A stretch of DNA of 64,000 nt. Origin: Phoronis australis (taxonomy: Eukaryota; Animalia; Phoronida). The notes beneath the pieces were generated by a model. The model did not search any database and was not told the DNA's origin. It saw only the letters and a list, made by a program, of their open reading frames with translations. This document shows, piece by piece, positions 1 through 12,474 of this stretch; the first letter of the stretch is position 1, and the number at the start of each line of letters is the position of its first letter. The stretch covers positions 311,218 through 375,217 of the forward strand of contig NMRA01000397.1 of the NCBI GenBank assembly GCA_002633005.1, written 5' to 3'. A program made the position numbers and the translations under genes.

Positions 1-1780
1 ATTTACAATATTTCACCTATGTTGTATGTGTAGCAAAATAACTAATCTTCATTCCCTACGAACTTCAAATGAGAAATAAATACCATGTACCGAGAAAAAA
101 GATTTAGTACAACGACCTTGAACAGCTTGCAAATTAGGTAACTACTTGTCCGAGGTCAAAGGTTACAGAGCTGTCACCCATATCGAATCTCCTGACACCA
201 GGCATAGAACAGTCCCGTATGTACCCTCGGTCCTCTCATTCACGGAGTCGCCATAATATCGAGCCAATGAGGTGTACATAGAAAGATGCTGCGGAAAACG
301 AAGATGAGTCATTGTTTTTGTCCTGATGAAGTTGTGTGTTTGCATGCAAATGCACCAAGTCTGAGTTGCTAAATTGCCTCAGTGTTCACTGACATAGCAA
401 GTTGTTAAAAAGATAAATCCTTGAAATTCATTCATCTGATTGGCAATTTGACATTTCACTGTTTCAATTTCATGCTCACGGCGCGTTTCATCATAATATC
501 ATTGTCCCCTGCTCATGGTGTGTATACAGTGAACTGTTGGTCTACTTGCTGCTGGCTCCAGATTCTTAGTTCAGATTCTGACCTAGTTAACAAGAATACA
601 TGTATCTGCACATACAAAATTAAAACATTTTTGTAATAATTGAATTAATTATGCACTAAAAATTCAGTTGACATTGTGAGTGAACGTTGAAATACTAAAC
701 ATGGTTAAGGCATGTGCAGGGTGTATTGACCGAAAACAAGTTTTCATGGAATAATTAGCTGTAGTCTTCAAGATTTTCACGTCTCACAACTTAACCGCCT
801 TTTTTCAGCTTTGACAAATTGACTGAATTTGAACTTAGAAACAGGAGTTCTCGAAAATGGCTTAGTGGATTTTGGTGAAACTATCCTAACTTAATATTTA
901 TTCGTCAACCTCGAAACTGCTGGGTGAATACGACTGCTATTTTCACAAAATTCCTTACGTTTTGCAAGTTAATTTGTCATAGAAACCAAACTAAAAGACT
1001 AATCAAAAATTCCGAAATGCGTTTTTTAGGTAACTGGTGAAGTTTTCATTTAAAAGGTTTCGTTGAATTTGACTGAGGGGTTATTTTGCTATGAATGTAC
1101 CACTCCATGATAGCAAAGAGCAGCACATAGTAATAAAAACAACTACGATTTTAAAACGACTTGACATGTTTTGGTGTCATTTATTCAAACACGATCATCA
1201 GAAGAGAGAATATAGTGGCTATCTACCTATCTAGGCCCAGCAACAAGTGATGAAACACAGATACAGTCAGTTATAGGTAGTGGCAATAAACTAGAACAAC
1301 AACGACAACCTGTGGTGTGCCAGTTGCCTATTGAGATTGGGCTTGCACCAACTGATGTGTAGAGCCTCACGAATAAGACCAAGCAAAAACAACAAAGGAG
1401 CGTAATAATGATAATGTCTCATAAATATAAAACAAATTTTTATAATCCCCTTGACCTTTTTTCTTTCAGAAACTATATACTTTTAGTAGTTTGCAAAGCC
1501 TGGTTTTTGTAACACATGAGTTAGAATGGACTCCACTAAATAAGGTTTGACATAACCTTAACAGCAAAGTGACCCGTAAAACTATTATGCTGACAAAATT
1601 CTTATTACAGCTATTCTCATTCTCTTCATTCACCGTCGTGAAGAATGCAGCCCAGCCGTCATGGCGGGTAACTGCTGATAAATTGTTTACTTCTTTTAGT
1701 GTGTATTGTTTGTTGAGAAAACACTGTATTTTGCCGATAGTCAGACCAACCCTCAAAGTTATGCTATTGAATCCTTTCAG

Positions 1781-1926
1781 AACGTTTGAGCTCAAAAACC
1801 TTGGTCAGATCAAGGCAGTTTACCCGACAGCCTACACACTGCGACAGGAGAAGGATCTTCCCACATATGGCCGTGGCCATACATCGAGCCAGTACCAGCT
1901 TACTGTGGAACCAAATCTCGAACATT
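1781..1926 (+). CDS. CDT1: DNA replication licensing factor Cdt1, internal exon (geminin-binding winged-helix region); upstream exons lie outside the window
   Basis: tttcag acceptor and gtaagt donor. Encodes TFELKNLGQIKAVYPTAYTLRQEK...YQLTVEPNL, matching the Cdt1 motif FEECNVGQIKTVYP...YQLTIEP. Phase is compatible with the next exon. Confidence 0.93.
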
Positions 1927-2695
1927 GTAAGTAATGTGTTGTGTAATGCTGCAGTATTGAATGGAAGTTAGAAGAGTAACTCTTCACTGCCACTCTCACC
2001 TTGCGCAAAGTTCATGCGCGGACTGATTCAATGTTCGCAATTATAACAAGAGGGGTGTGAAATATTGCTCAATTCAAATCTGGGTTGATCAAGGAAATAA
2101 AATATATCAAAGTTGTGTGCTCTTTGCATGCAATTACGAGAGGGGGTTTGATTAATTGGTCAATTCAAACCTGGATCAAGTGCTCCGTCTGAAAATACAT
2201 GGCGATGTTTCGAAGTTTTGCCTGTTCTTGCCAAGCACTCAAAAAATTGATCTACTGAACTCAAAAAAGCATCGGAAATGGAGTCTCACGAAAAAACTAG
2301 ACTAGGTTGAATAACAAACCTACGTCGGTGACGACCTGGTAGGCGTAATCTCGTAGTAGGCTAGCGTCACTTCTATAAAAAGCTACAGAGTAGACCTATA
2401 TTAATTTAACGAAAGACCATTTGATAAGTTTAAAAAAGGTATTCCACAAACGTACTTTTCGAGACAATTTTACGCAGGTGTAAGAACGCCGTGTTTCCAC
2501 AACTCGGAAGTTTGAGCCAGAGTTGAAGCTGTGAACAAAAAAACGAGTTGTGGTAGAGGTATGCAACCTGCTTTTGGTACCAGTTGATTGTCTTTGTTGT
2601 TTTGCTGTTTCTATCTGACAATGGTAATTTTATTATTGTCACTGTCAATTATCAGTTGTTATTAGTGTCTTGTGTTCAGTTAAAACTGAGTGTAG

Positions 2696-4499
2696 TTTAT
2701 TATGCGCCCACATATTTATATGTGGACACATTATGCCATCATCTCCGTCCATCCGTCCGGGCGGCGTCTGATCGGCATCTGGCGTCCGCTGCTCTATCTC
2801 CAAAACCCTTTGACATACGTTCATGAAATTTGGCACACATTTTCCATTCATGAATGGGACGGCATGAGTGAACTTTCGGACGGATCCGACTACCGGTGTG
2901 GCCCCTAGTGGCAATTTTAGTTTTTTACGCTTACCTTTGTATCTTCAAAAGTTTCATGAAATTTGGTATGTAGGCATCTATTAGTGAGATGACGCTATCC
3001 TCCCGTTTTCGGATGGATATGACGTAGTTTGCGTGCCTAGTGGCCGTTTTTACTGTTTTCGAATCTGTTTTTTGCGTCCACCCCTCTATCAACCAAACCG
3101 CTGAAAGGATGATTGTGAAAATTGGCATGTATGTGCTTACTTTAAAGAGGACGTTTGACGATGATTTTCCGACGATTTTGACTACTGTGGCACCTCCTAG
3201 TGGCAGTTTTGTTTTTGTTGCGCCTATGGCTGTATCTCCTAAACCATTTGCAAGATCTTTACTTAATTTAGCAAGTGTATTTATATGATGTTGACTATGG
3301 ATGACGACGACTTTCGAACAGATCTGACTACTTCTGTGCCCCCTAGTGGCAATTTTAGTTTCTTTACGTTTAACTCAGTATCTTCAAAGGTCCTCAACAG
3401 ATTTTCATAAAATTTTAAATATAGGCATCTATTGGTGGATGATGCTTTCTTCCTGTTTTTGGATGGAATCGAGGTATTTTTGCACCACCTAGTGGCCATT
3501 TTTGCTGTTTTCAAATCTTGTTTTTGATGTCCACCCCTGTATCAATCAAATCATTTGAAAATTGGCATATCTGTTCTCAGTGTGAAGACGACCTTTGATG
3601 ATGGTGACTGACTACTGTGGCGCCGCCTAGTGATAGTTTCGTTTTGCGCCCATAGTTGTATCTCTTAAACTCACTGCAGGATCTTTACTAAATTTAGTAA
3701 GTGTATTTATATGAAGATAATAACAGATGACGACGACATTCAGGCGGATCCAACGGACAATGGGCCCACTAGTGGCAATTTCATTTTATTCTGTTTTCCT
3801 TTGTTTCTCTGAAGTTCCTTGACAGATTTTTATGAAATATGGCATGTTCCTGTTTTTGGGTGGATTGTATGTTTATGCGCCATCTAGTGGCCATTTTTAT
3901 GATACAAATCAGGGCTTGGAATTTTCCGCGGAAACGCGGATTTCCGCTTTTTTCAAATGTTCTGTCCGCGTATTTTATAATATTTCCGCGTTAAAAAATC
4001 GGATTTGATGTAAAATTTCAGCGGCAAATTCCTTTCTTACTGCGGCGTTGCAGACGACGTTCACCTCGAAAAGCGGAAGTTGCTCTTTATGTTTCGGAGG
4101 AACGTAAATTGTCAACATTGCCGGGGCATCTGGGATAGCGTGGTGGGATTTTCAATGGCGTCTCGTGTCATTGTAAACCGCGGCGAGAAATACTACGGCT
4201 CTGCAGCCAAAAAATGTGTGGGTTGGGAGTGGACGGACGAGCTAAAAGGACGCAGACGCATGCTACTGATGGTGGTAACGTTTTTTTTTCTTTTTTAGTC
4301 CTCCCGATTTTTGTTGGGGAAAGGTTCACATCGACCATTTCAAGGCTGGGTAGCGCACATCATTTGGGCCGTAAAAGTTTCAAAGTTTCCGCGTTTTTTG
4401 TCCTTAGTCATTCCAAGCCCTGACAAATAAATAACCCTAAAAGCACACCATTTGCAATGCATTCGTGGGCGCATTTCAATGCTCCGCGTTGCTCTTGTT
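2696..4499 (+). mobile_element. Non-autonomous Helentron/HINE-like element, family A, near full length, with a nested MITE
   Basis: T-rich start, subterminal IR atgcgcccaca with adjacent stem-loop arm tgtggacacat, ccgtccat microsatellite and internal tandem cores (ccctagtggcaatttt). Ends with 3' gtgggcgcat plus hairpin caatgc-tcc-gcgttg plus ctcttgtt. No TSD seen. Confidence 0.7.
3910..4422. mobile_element. MITE with 13-bp TIRs (CAGGGCTTGGAAT) and a 6-bp TSD (ACAAAT); hAT-like termini
   Basis: acaaat|cagggcttggaat ... attccaagccctg|acaaat, seen directly. Confidence 0.85.
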
Positions 4500-5190
4500 A
4501 TACACACCACGAGCCAGGAGACTAATATGAAACCAAGTACAAAAAGTGCAAGAGAAATCGAATCTGTGGTTAAAGTGCATCGTGAGCTTGAGATCGGAAC
4601 AGTTAAATGTCAAATTTCCTATCAAATTAAAGAATTTGGGTGAAGATTTATCTCTTTTCACAACTTTCCATGTTTGTGAGGGCGTGGGGTTGTTTGCATG
4701 CAGACACACAACTCTCTTAGCATCAAAACTTAATTGCCAACATTTGTATTGCTCTAGACAGTGTGTCCCAGATTTTTTGCCACATATGTCAGTGTTCTCC
4801 ACATTGTAAATTCCAAACTCGACGCAAATATTTAGTAGCAGTTGACATTGTGTCATTTCTAATCATAACCATGGGTTTGCTGGAGGTATTTATATATGGT
4901 TTAAAACTGCACACTGCACTGGTGTGACCTACTTTTTAGACACTTCAAAGTTTAGCTTTCCTACCAATATATCTCATAATTCCTCCAAAGCATTTGACAG
5001 ACCCAGAGCATCAAACAAAAGATTAAAAATTCTTTTAGTAATATCAATGCCGATTTTAATATCAATTAGACATATTAAGTACTACTAACATGAGTTCTGA
5101 TGTGACCTAGTTTTTAGTGACACCTGTTGTCAAGTTGAATAAGCTCATAAAAGCTCTAACTTGCCACTAGATGTCAGTCAAAATCAAACG

Positions 5191-6391
5191 GATTTGCAGC
5201 GCAGACGAACTACGCATTGCGCATGTGCGAGTTACTTCCTTCGCGAAGGCTCATGGGATAGCTTGTGGTCAGGCATGTCTTGAGCAGGCTTGATAGTGTG
5301 TGCATTTGGAGTGATTTGCAAACTAAAAACCATGTTTCATTTTTTGCTTTATAATACCAAGCAAGTCCTCTCTCTCGTTTGTAAACACAGCGTGACCGAG
5401 AGCACGACTGTCGCCGTGTTCAGTATTGGGGTTATCGGCGTTGATTTCGAAATCTCCTCCTATTTCAGACAAGTTGAGAGTTCTTGGGTTGCTTAACTTT
5501 TGTAGCTTTCGCCGTGGATATGCTAGAGACGTTAATTTTAAGTGGAAACTCCGTCGGAATGTTGTTCTCATAAGTCTTTTTTCCACCAGGAAAATGTTCG
5601 CTGCACACACGATGNNNNNNNNNNNNNNNNNNNNNNNNNNNNNNNNNNNNNNNNNNNNNNNNNNNNNNNNNNNNNNNNNNNNNNNNNNNNNNNNNNNNNN
5701 NNNNNNNNNNNNNNNNNNNNNNNNNNNNNNNNNNNNNNNNNNNNNNNNNNNNNNNNNNNNNNNNNNNNNNNNNNNNNNNNNNNNNNNNNNNNNNNNNNNN
5801 NNNNNNNNNNNNNNNNNNNNNNNNNNNNNNNNNNNNNNNNNNNNNNNCAACTAAGCTTCATTAAAGATATGTATAGAAGTAGAAAGGACCAATGATGAAA
5901 GTAAGCGTTTTTTAAATGATAGTTTTAAGTGCAGATTGTATTTTTGACGAGGTGAAAACTCGAAATCGGTAACCCAAATCCGGTCACGGCCCGTTTAAAA
6001 TACACTGGAGTAACGAAATGAGTACAGAAAGCGAATGGAAGTATTGTAGCCCCTACATAGCCAACCGAGGGGCTACATGTTGCCTACTAGATGGCCCCGC
6101 GTTCGTTTGAATGCGCTAAATTTCCCCTTACTCCCAGGTCTCCTAATGTTGTTTATCCATTTTTCACGAAGTTCTTGATTTGCAGGGAACACATACAAAC
6201 TCAGATTTTTATCTCTCTTGTTGTTTTTGAAGCAGCCAGGAACACAACAAGTGTATCCGCCGTAAGTTTTTTTCGCGCTCATACCGCGTATTATGCTTGT
6301 CACTATGGCCGCTTTCGGAATCCTGACCACAGCACCCACAATGCACCATTTTAACCTAATTTCAATATGGCGTCGCTGCAAATCTGCTATT
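5191..6391 (-). mobile_element. THAP-domain DNA transposon relic, interrupted by an insertion and an assembly gap
   Basis: MSAKKTYGGYTCCVPGC...YVFP...KWINNIRR...GH (6282-6091) continues as RVCSEHF...NNIPT (5611 downward). 11-bp inverted repeats gatttgcagcg (5191) / cgctgcaaatc (6374). Confidence 0.7.
5615..5847. other. Assembly gap (N run)
   Basis: 233 consecutive N. Confidence 1.
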
Positions 6392-7096
6392 AAATTGTTT
6401 CTTTACAGATTGACTTGCAAAATTAAGTTAGAATGACAAAGTAAATTAGACATTTGATTAAGCAAGCTAGATGACTCCATGAAATTTTTGTTATTTGAAA
6501 ATTTTTGCAGATTTTATTAATCATAATTTAAACTCTTTTTGTAGTGTCATACAAAGTTATACATATAGTGTTGACTGCCACCAATATTCTGTAATGGGCT
6601 TGATGTTGGTTAATAAGGCCCTGCTTTAGTGTCGAGGGCTGAAATGCCAAGCCAGGCCAAAAGTTCAAACCTGACGCAGCACTTTTCAAACTCGACGCGC
6701 ATTTTCCAAACTCGACACGGCAAAATCCAAACTCGTCACTGCGTCGAGTTAAAACAGGTCGTGGAGAACACTGTATGTTGGTCTTAATTATTTTGCCCTA
6801 CCTCTAATCAATCCCTCTTGTAACTATATTGAGGTGGTGATTTTGGCATATGTCAGTTTCTATCCCCACAGTGACTAACCGGAGATTGAATGAAATACTT
6901 TTAAAGTGATGATGTACTGTGAAACTAGCAGTTTTGTCACTTTTAGTTGGAGGCAGAGAAAAAGAAATTTGTTGATAATTAAAACAATAAGCACACTAGT
7001 TGCTCTTCTCTTTAACAGTACGCTGTAAGGGGTATGATATATATGTATATGTATGTATGTGTGTATGTACTTATATGTATATGCTTTCATTTTCAG

Positions 7097-7215
7097 GCTC
7101 TGAAATAGACACCACAAAGCCTAGAGAAAAAATTCCCTTCACAGCATCATCTCTGGTTGAAAGGCGACGTCTTTTTCATAATAACTTGGTCAACATTGTC
7201 AAAAAACACCACAAG
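7097..7215 (+). CDS. CDT1: Cdt1 internal exon
   Basis: tttcag/gtaaat boundaries. Encodes FTASSLVERRRLFHNNLVNIVKKHHK (Cdt1 LTASRLLQRRQIF...VKEHHK). Confidence 0.93.
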
Positions 7216-7324
7216 GTAAATAGCTTCATCAGCTGAAACTTTTTGTGATAAGGAGACAACAGTGTTTCAGGTAATAGAAAAGTATTGGGTTACATCTTTG
7301 ATTTTTATATACGGCATAATAATA

Positions 7325-8240
7325 AATTTCGGATGGATTTGACTACCAGTGTGCCCTCTAGTGGCAATTATATTTTTTTAAGTTTGCCTCTGTATCTCCA
7401 AAAGTCCAACAGATTTTCATGAAATTTGGCACAAAAGCTTTTGTTTGTGGGGTGACGTTATCTTCTCCTTTTTGATTGGATTCAATCTAGTTTGGGCCAC
7501 CTAGTGGCCATTTTTACTGTTTTCGAATCTGTTTTTTTGGCGTCCGCACATCTATCGACCAAACCACTCTAAGGACGATTGTGAAAATTGGCTTATATGG
7601 TCTTAGTGTGGAGTGGACGGTTGATGATGATTTTCTAACAACTTCGACTACTGTGACGCTTCCTTGTGGGCATTTTTTTGGGGCCCATAGCTGTACCTCC
7701 TGAACACACTGCAGGATCTTTATTTCATTTAGCTAGTTGACAACGGGGGGGCAACGATTTTCTGACGGATCCCTCTGGAGTACCTTTTTTAATTTTTTTC
7801 TGTTTTCATCCGTTTCCAGATGGATTTTACGTAGTGCATGCCTCCTAGTCGCTGTTTTTATTATATTTGAGTCTGTTTAGCGGAAACCAATCTTAGGATA
7901 ATTATGAAATTAGCTGTAATTCTTGTTTTAATACTGGGAAAAAGACTGCTGACAATTTTTGACTGTAGCCGATTACTGTAATGCCTCCTAGTGCATATTT
8001 TGAATCTGTGGCTGTGGTTCTTTATGGTAATTTGTATCTTTGGAGATTGTAGGTGGATTTTCATGAAATTTGGCAAATACCTTTGAGCGATGATGACAGT
8101 ATTCAATTTTTGGGTGGTTCAATGTATTCCGTGCTATCTAAGGGCCATTATAGGGTTACGTACTCAGTAGTCCCCCTAGAAGCGCAGTTTGCAGTGCAGT
8201 CATGGGCACATTTAAACACTCAGCATAGCTCTCGTTTTCA
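7325..8240 (+). mobile_element. HINE-like family A copy (5'-truncated, diverged)
   Basis: Core motifs ctctagtggcaatt and cacctagtggccattttt; 3' end gggcacatttaaacactcagcatagctctcgtt. Confidence 0.65.
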
Positions 8241-8566
8241 GTACATTTTAACTTGTTGTATGTTACTCAAAGGTGATGAAAAGTATCTGCGGTGTGTTCC
8301 AGTTTGACATGTTGATCAGAGGAGGCTCTAGCGCTTCTAATGAAGACGCCCATTATTAGAAGTTATGTTGTATACTTAACTGTGCACTAGTCAATGACAC
8401 AATGTCAACTCATTACAATTAAAAGTTATCTAAGCCAGACAAAATGCTTTGGCAAACAAATCGGGGAAATTTTACAAAATGATTCATCTCAATGTAATAA
8501 AATTTGTTTACTTTTTGGATGCTGAAAGAATTCCTTACTGTCATTGATAAAGTACAATCATTTCAG

Positions 8567-8755
8567 GAATTCCTTACTTCGCACAATCCACGACTGAACG
8601 TACCTGATGAGAAAATCACCAGGTGGCACCCTAAGTTTAATGTAGACAGTGTGCCCAACATAGATCCAGCTGTTCTTCCAACGCCTCCGGAGGTCAAGGC
8701 AATGAGCTCAGCTAGTGATGTGTTGAAACATGCCAATGGGAAACTACCAAATAAG
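8567..8755 (+). CDS. CDT1: Cdt1 internal exon
   Basis: tttcag/gtaac boundaries. Encodes EFLTSHNP...ITRWHPKFNVDSVPNIDPAVLPTPP, the hallmark RWHPxFNVD motif. Confidence 0.95.
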
Positions 8756-9624
8756 GTAACAACCCAGTAACATTAAAGAGGTTCTTTCAATGCAGTATGA
8801 TCTTGAAAACAGGAATGATGATGTTGGCATAATCAGGCCTCAAGGAAAGGATATCCAGTGTTTTAGTAACATTGTTGGCTGATTGGTTGGAACTGGTGAC
8901 ACTGCATTTAGCAAACACCGGGAACAACCTGTTCCACAGTGTGATATTGTCAGGGATATCTTATACATCAAAAATAAACATGTTATTACATCACAAAGTT
9001 TGGTAACTTGATCGTTTAAGAATTAGTAGAAGCATCACTGTTTTTTAAGCTTTTATCGCGGCACGAGTGGAACAGTCGATAGCAATCGTACGTCTTCAGC
9101 TAAATGGCCTCACTGAGGTGTTTTTTAAAATTTCATGGTTGAGCGTAATTGGTAATCATACACTTGACTTAATTTCTTAGATTAGGCATGTACTTGTAAG
9201 CTTCGATTTGTTGTCACTAGCATGTGTTTTTACAGTATTTTTTTACCTTTATTGACATATGAACACAACCCGGAATACCCTGACCAACATTCTTCAATGT
9301 GCAAACGCCACAAGATCAGGAACTCTGGTATTTCTGAGTTACGACCACTTGAAAATTATTTTTTGTGGTCGTAATCTAGAGAGATGACCGTACCTCATCA
9401 GTGTTCTCCCCATTACTTTCGTCTACGTCGTGTAGTATCGGACAGTTTGCTTACCTTTCTATTCAGACTCAATTTTGTCCTGTAGGTTTTGTAGCATGTC
9501 GTTGAACCCTTCGGTTAAGTGAAGACAGGTTTCACTGAGAATACTTTCAAATATTTCTATGTACAGTCTTTTAATTTCCACGTCCTGGAGTGCATATGTC
9601 ATGCTTTGAATGAATTTACTGCTG

Positions 9625-10170
9625 ACAATTTTTGGACAATTTGACTACTGTGGCACCCTCTAGTGGCAGTTTGCTTTTTTTGCAACTGCAGCTGTTCCTC
9701 CCTGCTGGATCTTTGTGGAATTCGTGTATTTCTACGAGTGTGACAACAGATGACGACGTTTGGACAAATCTAACTACTGCTGTACCCCCAGTGCCAGTTT
9801 TGATTCTTTTTATGGGCTTGGCAAGTGTGTTCCTATTGAGGAGAGCATTGCTGACTTGCTCTGTGCCCCCTAGAGGCTATTTTAAGCTTAATAGCATTGC
9901 TCCATTTAGTGAGAATGTTTAAAATAGTAATTATCCCTTGTATCTGCTCTATATGCGTTGCACACGGTGGCGAATATCAATGCTTCTCTTTGCTCTTGTT
10001 GCTTATTTCCTGTAGTAAATCAACCACACATTACCCATGGTAATCACGCATAAATAGCAAATTCATATTCCGAGCTTTACTTTGCATTGTCATGTTGGAC
10101 ATAAAGAATGCCTTGTGCTTGATACAATGCATACAGTGGGCGCATATCAATGCTCTGCATTGCTCTTGTT
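9625..10170 (+). mobile_element. HINE-like family A fragments (two 3' ends)
   Basis: Core motifs; 3' ends near 9968-10000 and 10136-10170 (gtgggcgcatatcaatgctctgcattgctcttgtt). Confidence 0.6.
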
Positions 10171-10618
10171 AGTTCAAGAGCTTGACACTACAGTTATGAG
10201 ACTATTTGAAAGCGTTCTGCTAACTTTTGAGTTGAAAGTGCAAAGTGTATTCTCATACTGAGACGAAAGAGTTGTGTATAATATGTGATAATCGCTAAGT
10301 TACTTTTAATTTCAAATGTTATTGCAAAAAATTCAGTCATTGACAGAGTTCAGTGCTGTGTCACTAGTGGACCATTTTAAATGTTAGTCACAATTAAGTG
10401 ACACTCTTGTCCTCCCATATGGAACTTTATACATTCAAGATTTGCTTTTCTATTCTGTGAATTGATGGTATGGAAATGTTACCATTTTTCCAAATTTTGC
10501 ACCTGTAGCAAAAATGTAGTTAAGTTGTTAATAAAAAAACTGTGTTCTGTATGCCGTAGTACCCACGACATTCTCTGCATCATTGTGCTTGAATTAACAA
10601 ATTGCACTTCTGTTTTAG

Positions 10619-10762
10619 GTTGAGAATGCCCTAAGAAGCATCTCCTTGAAATATCCCCCAAAGAAACAGACTATGACTGTTGCTTCTTCTGCTCAGCTCA
10701 CCAGTTCAGCAGTGCCATCTGGTGCTTCTTTCAAGGGTGTTCCTGACAGTCTTTTGGAAAGG
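10619..10762 (+). CDS. CDT1: Cdt1 internal exon
   Basis: ttttag/gtgagt boundaries. Encodes VENALRSIS...FKGVPDSLLER (Cdt1 LKGVSQDLLER). Confidence 0.92.
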
Positions 10763-11480
10763 GTGAGTGCACCATCTGCAGTCAATATGGAGATTGTAAA
10801 TATCTTGTATATTTTTGTTACAAAATATGCAATAATGGAGTATAATTAAAACCAGTACAATGTAGAGGTATCAAATACACCAAAGAGTGCCTTTGAGATT
10901 AAGTCCCCGTAATCAATGCCAATAGATTACGTGGGCTGCAGTGTTCTCCACAGTAGATATTCCAGCCTCGTGGCAAATAATCATCCGAGTTCTATTTCAG
11001 TAGTGAACACTGCCTTCACCATAACCTCCAGTACACAGATATTTATGTTTGTTTTAAATGTGTGTAATAAACTGGTGATTTTTATGCACTCCGTGTATGT
11101 GAGCATTGCATCTACTTTTGTATGTCTAAAACTCCTTGATGGATTATGAAAATTGGCATATAGATTCCTATTCAGGAGACTATGGCACCTTATCGTTTTC
11201 GGACGGATTTGGTGTACGTATCGTACATCACCTTGTGGCCGTTTGGTTTTGGCGTCTGCCTCTCTATCAGACAAACCACTCAAAGGACTATAATTTTAAA
11301 GATATATTTTTGCAGAAATCTGCTAAAAGGCTCAAAATATCTTTTATAGCAAGTGAGGTATGCCAAATTGACCAAAATATCTTCTGCATACTAGCTATCA
11401 TATCTGTTATTTAGAAGAGAGTGTACATTTGACAGTCTTCTTTCAGTATTTTAGGTGTGTTAAATGTCTTTTTTCCTTAG

Positions 11481-11593
11481 ATACGAGCCAAGGAAGCTAA
11501 AAAGCTGGAAGAAGGCATGATGCGGAAACCTGAGGAAGAGAAGCATCGTGAAATGTTGGCAAGGTTACCAGACATTGCACGCATCATCAGAAC
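11481..11593 (+). CDS. CDT1: Cdt1 internal exon (start of the C-terminal MCM-binding domain)
   Basis: ccttag acceptor. Encodes IRAKEAKKLEEGMMRKPEEEKHREMLARLPDIARIIR. The donor is GTATCCT (U12-like). Confidence 0.93.
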
Positions 11594-12009
11594 GTATCCT
11601 ATTCACTGTCTGAATTGTGAAATATGTGCTTGAAGCAGACTTCTTGTCTTGAGGATAGATGATACAGTAAAGTTTCTTCAAGTTAGAATGGAAAATGGCA
11701 GAACAGTGAAATTTGACTGGATCAAAATTTTCAACAAGAGTAAACAAGAATACAATTTTATTTCATTATTTGAAAATTTCATGTAGTAGAGCTGTCATCG
11801 ACAAGTACCCAATAAAATTTTGTAGCTAACTAACAACCAAATATCAGACAAGTCAGTTTTGGCTAAGCATACCAAACCTCTCAATCCCCTTTTCCCATTA
11901 GAATCCTGTTGCATGGGAATTGTTGTATGATTCGTATTTTGTGTACGTACATGTATAATGTTGCTACTCCAGCGTGTACTTAATGCAGCTATTCCTTGAC
12001 GTACCAAAG
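11594..12009 (+). other. U12-type (minor spliceosome) GT-AG intron in CDT1
   Basis: 5' site GTATCCTAT (consensus RTATCCTTT). Branch point TTCCTTGAC at 11992-12000, about 10 nt before the AG at 12008-12009. No polypyrimidine tract. Splicing restores the Cdt1 frame (IIRT/HFVTQKK). Confidence 0.8.
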
Positions 12010-12098
12010 ACATTTTGTGACCCAAAAGAAGACTGCCCTATCCTTGGCGTCTGTTGCCCAGGCCATAGTTGACAGTTACAAGTCTAGTATTAGCATAA
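12010..12098 (+). CDS. CDT1: Cdt1 internal exon
   Basis: Encodes HFVTQKKTALSLASVAQAIVDSYKSSISI (Cdt1 VFVSERKPALSM...). gtaagt donor. Confidence 0.88.
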
Positions 12099-12474
12099 GT
12101 AAGTGACGTAGCTGCCTAGTCTGACTGTTAGACACTGTGGATGCAGTGTCTGCTCAGTTTTACATCATTTGGTAAAAGAATACTGGAATTCTGGCCAATG
12201 CTTGTTCTGTCCCCTTCCATTCCTGAGTGACAAAAGCAGTATTAAACTAAAAACACTCACTTTGTAGGTAACTTGATCCAAACGGTTGATGGGGTTTATA
12301 TAAAACATTATTTTATGTTAGGGGGCTAGTTGGGAAGGTTTATGTTAACATTTGTTAATGGGTCAAAGTAAGTTCAAGAAAGGTTTATGTATTTGCATTC
12401 TGAGTTCATGTTTGTATCAGCGACATTATTGAGTATGCTTTTGTGTTTTCATTCCATGAACATAAGCGACTTCA

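Noticed and set aside
2880-3900. Regularly spaced ccctagtggc motifs resembling a CRISPR array
   Set aside because: The intervening sequences are homologous to each other and to other copies. These are internal tandem cores of a eukaryotic repeat, with no cas genes.
340-4760. Inverted similarity between ~340-500 and ~4560-4760
   Set aside because: Diverged fragments of a dispersed repeat in opposite orientation, with no termini or TSD to support a single element.
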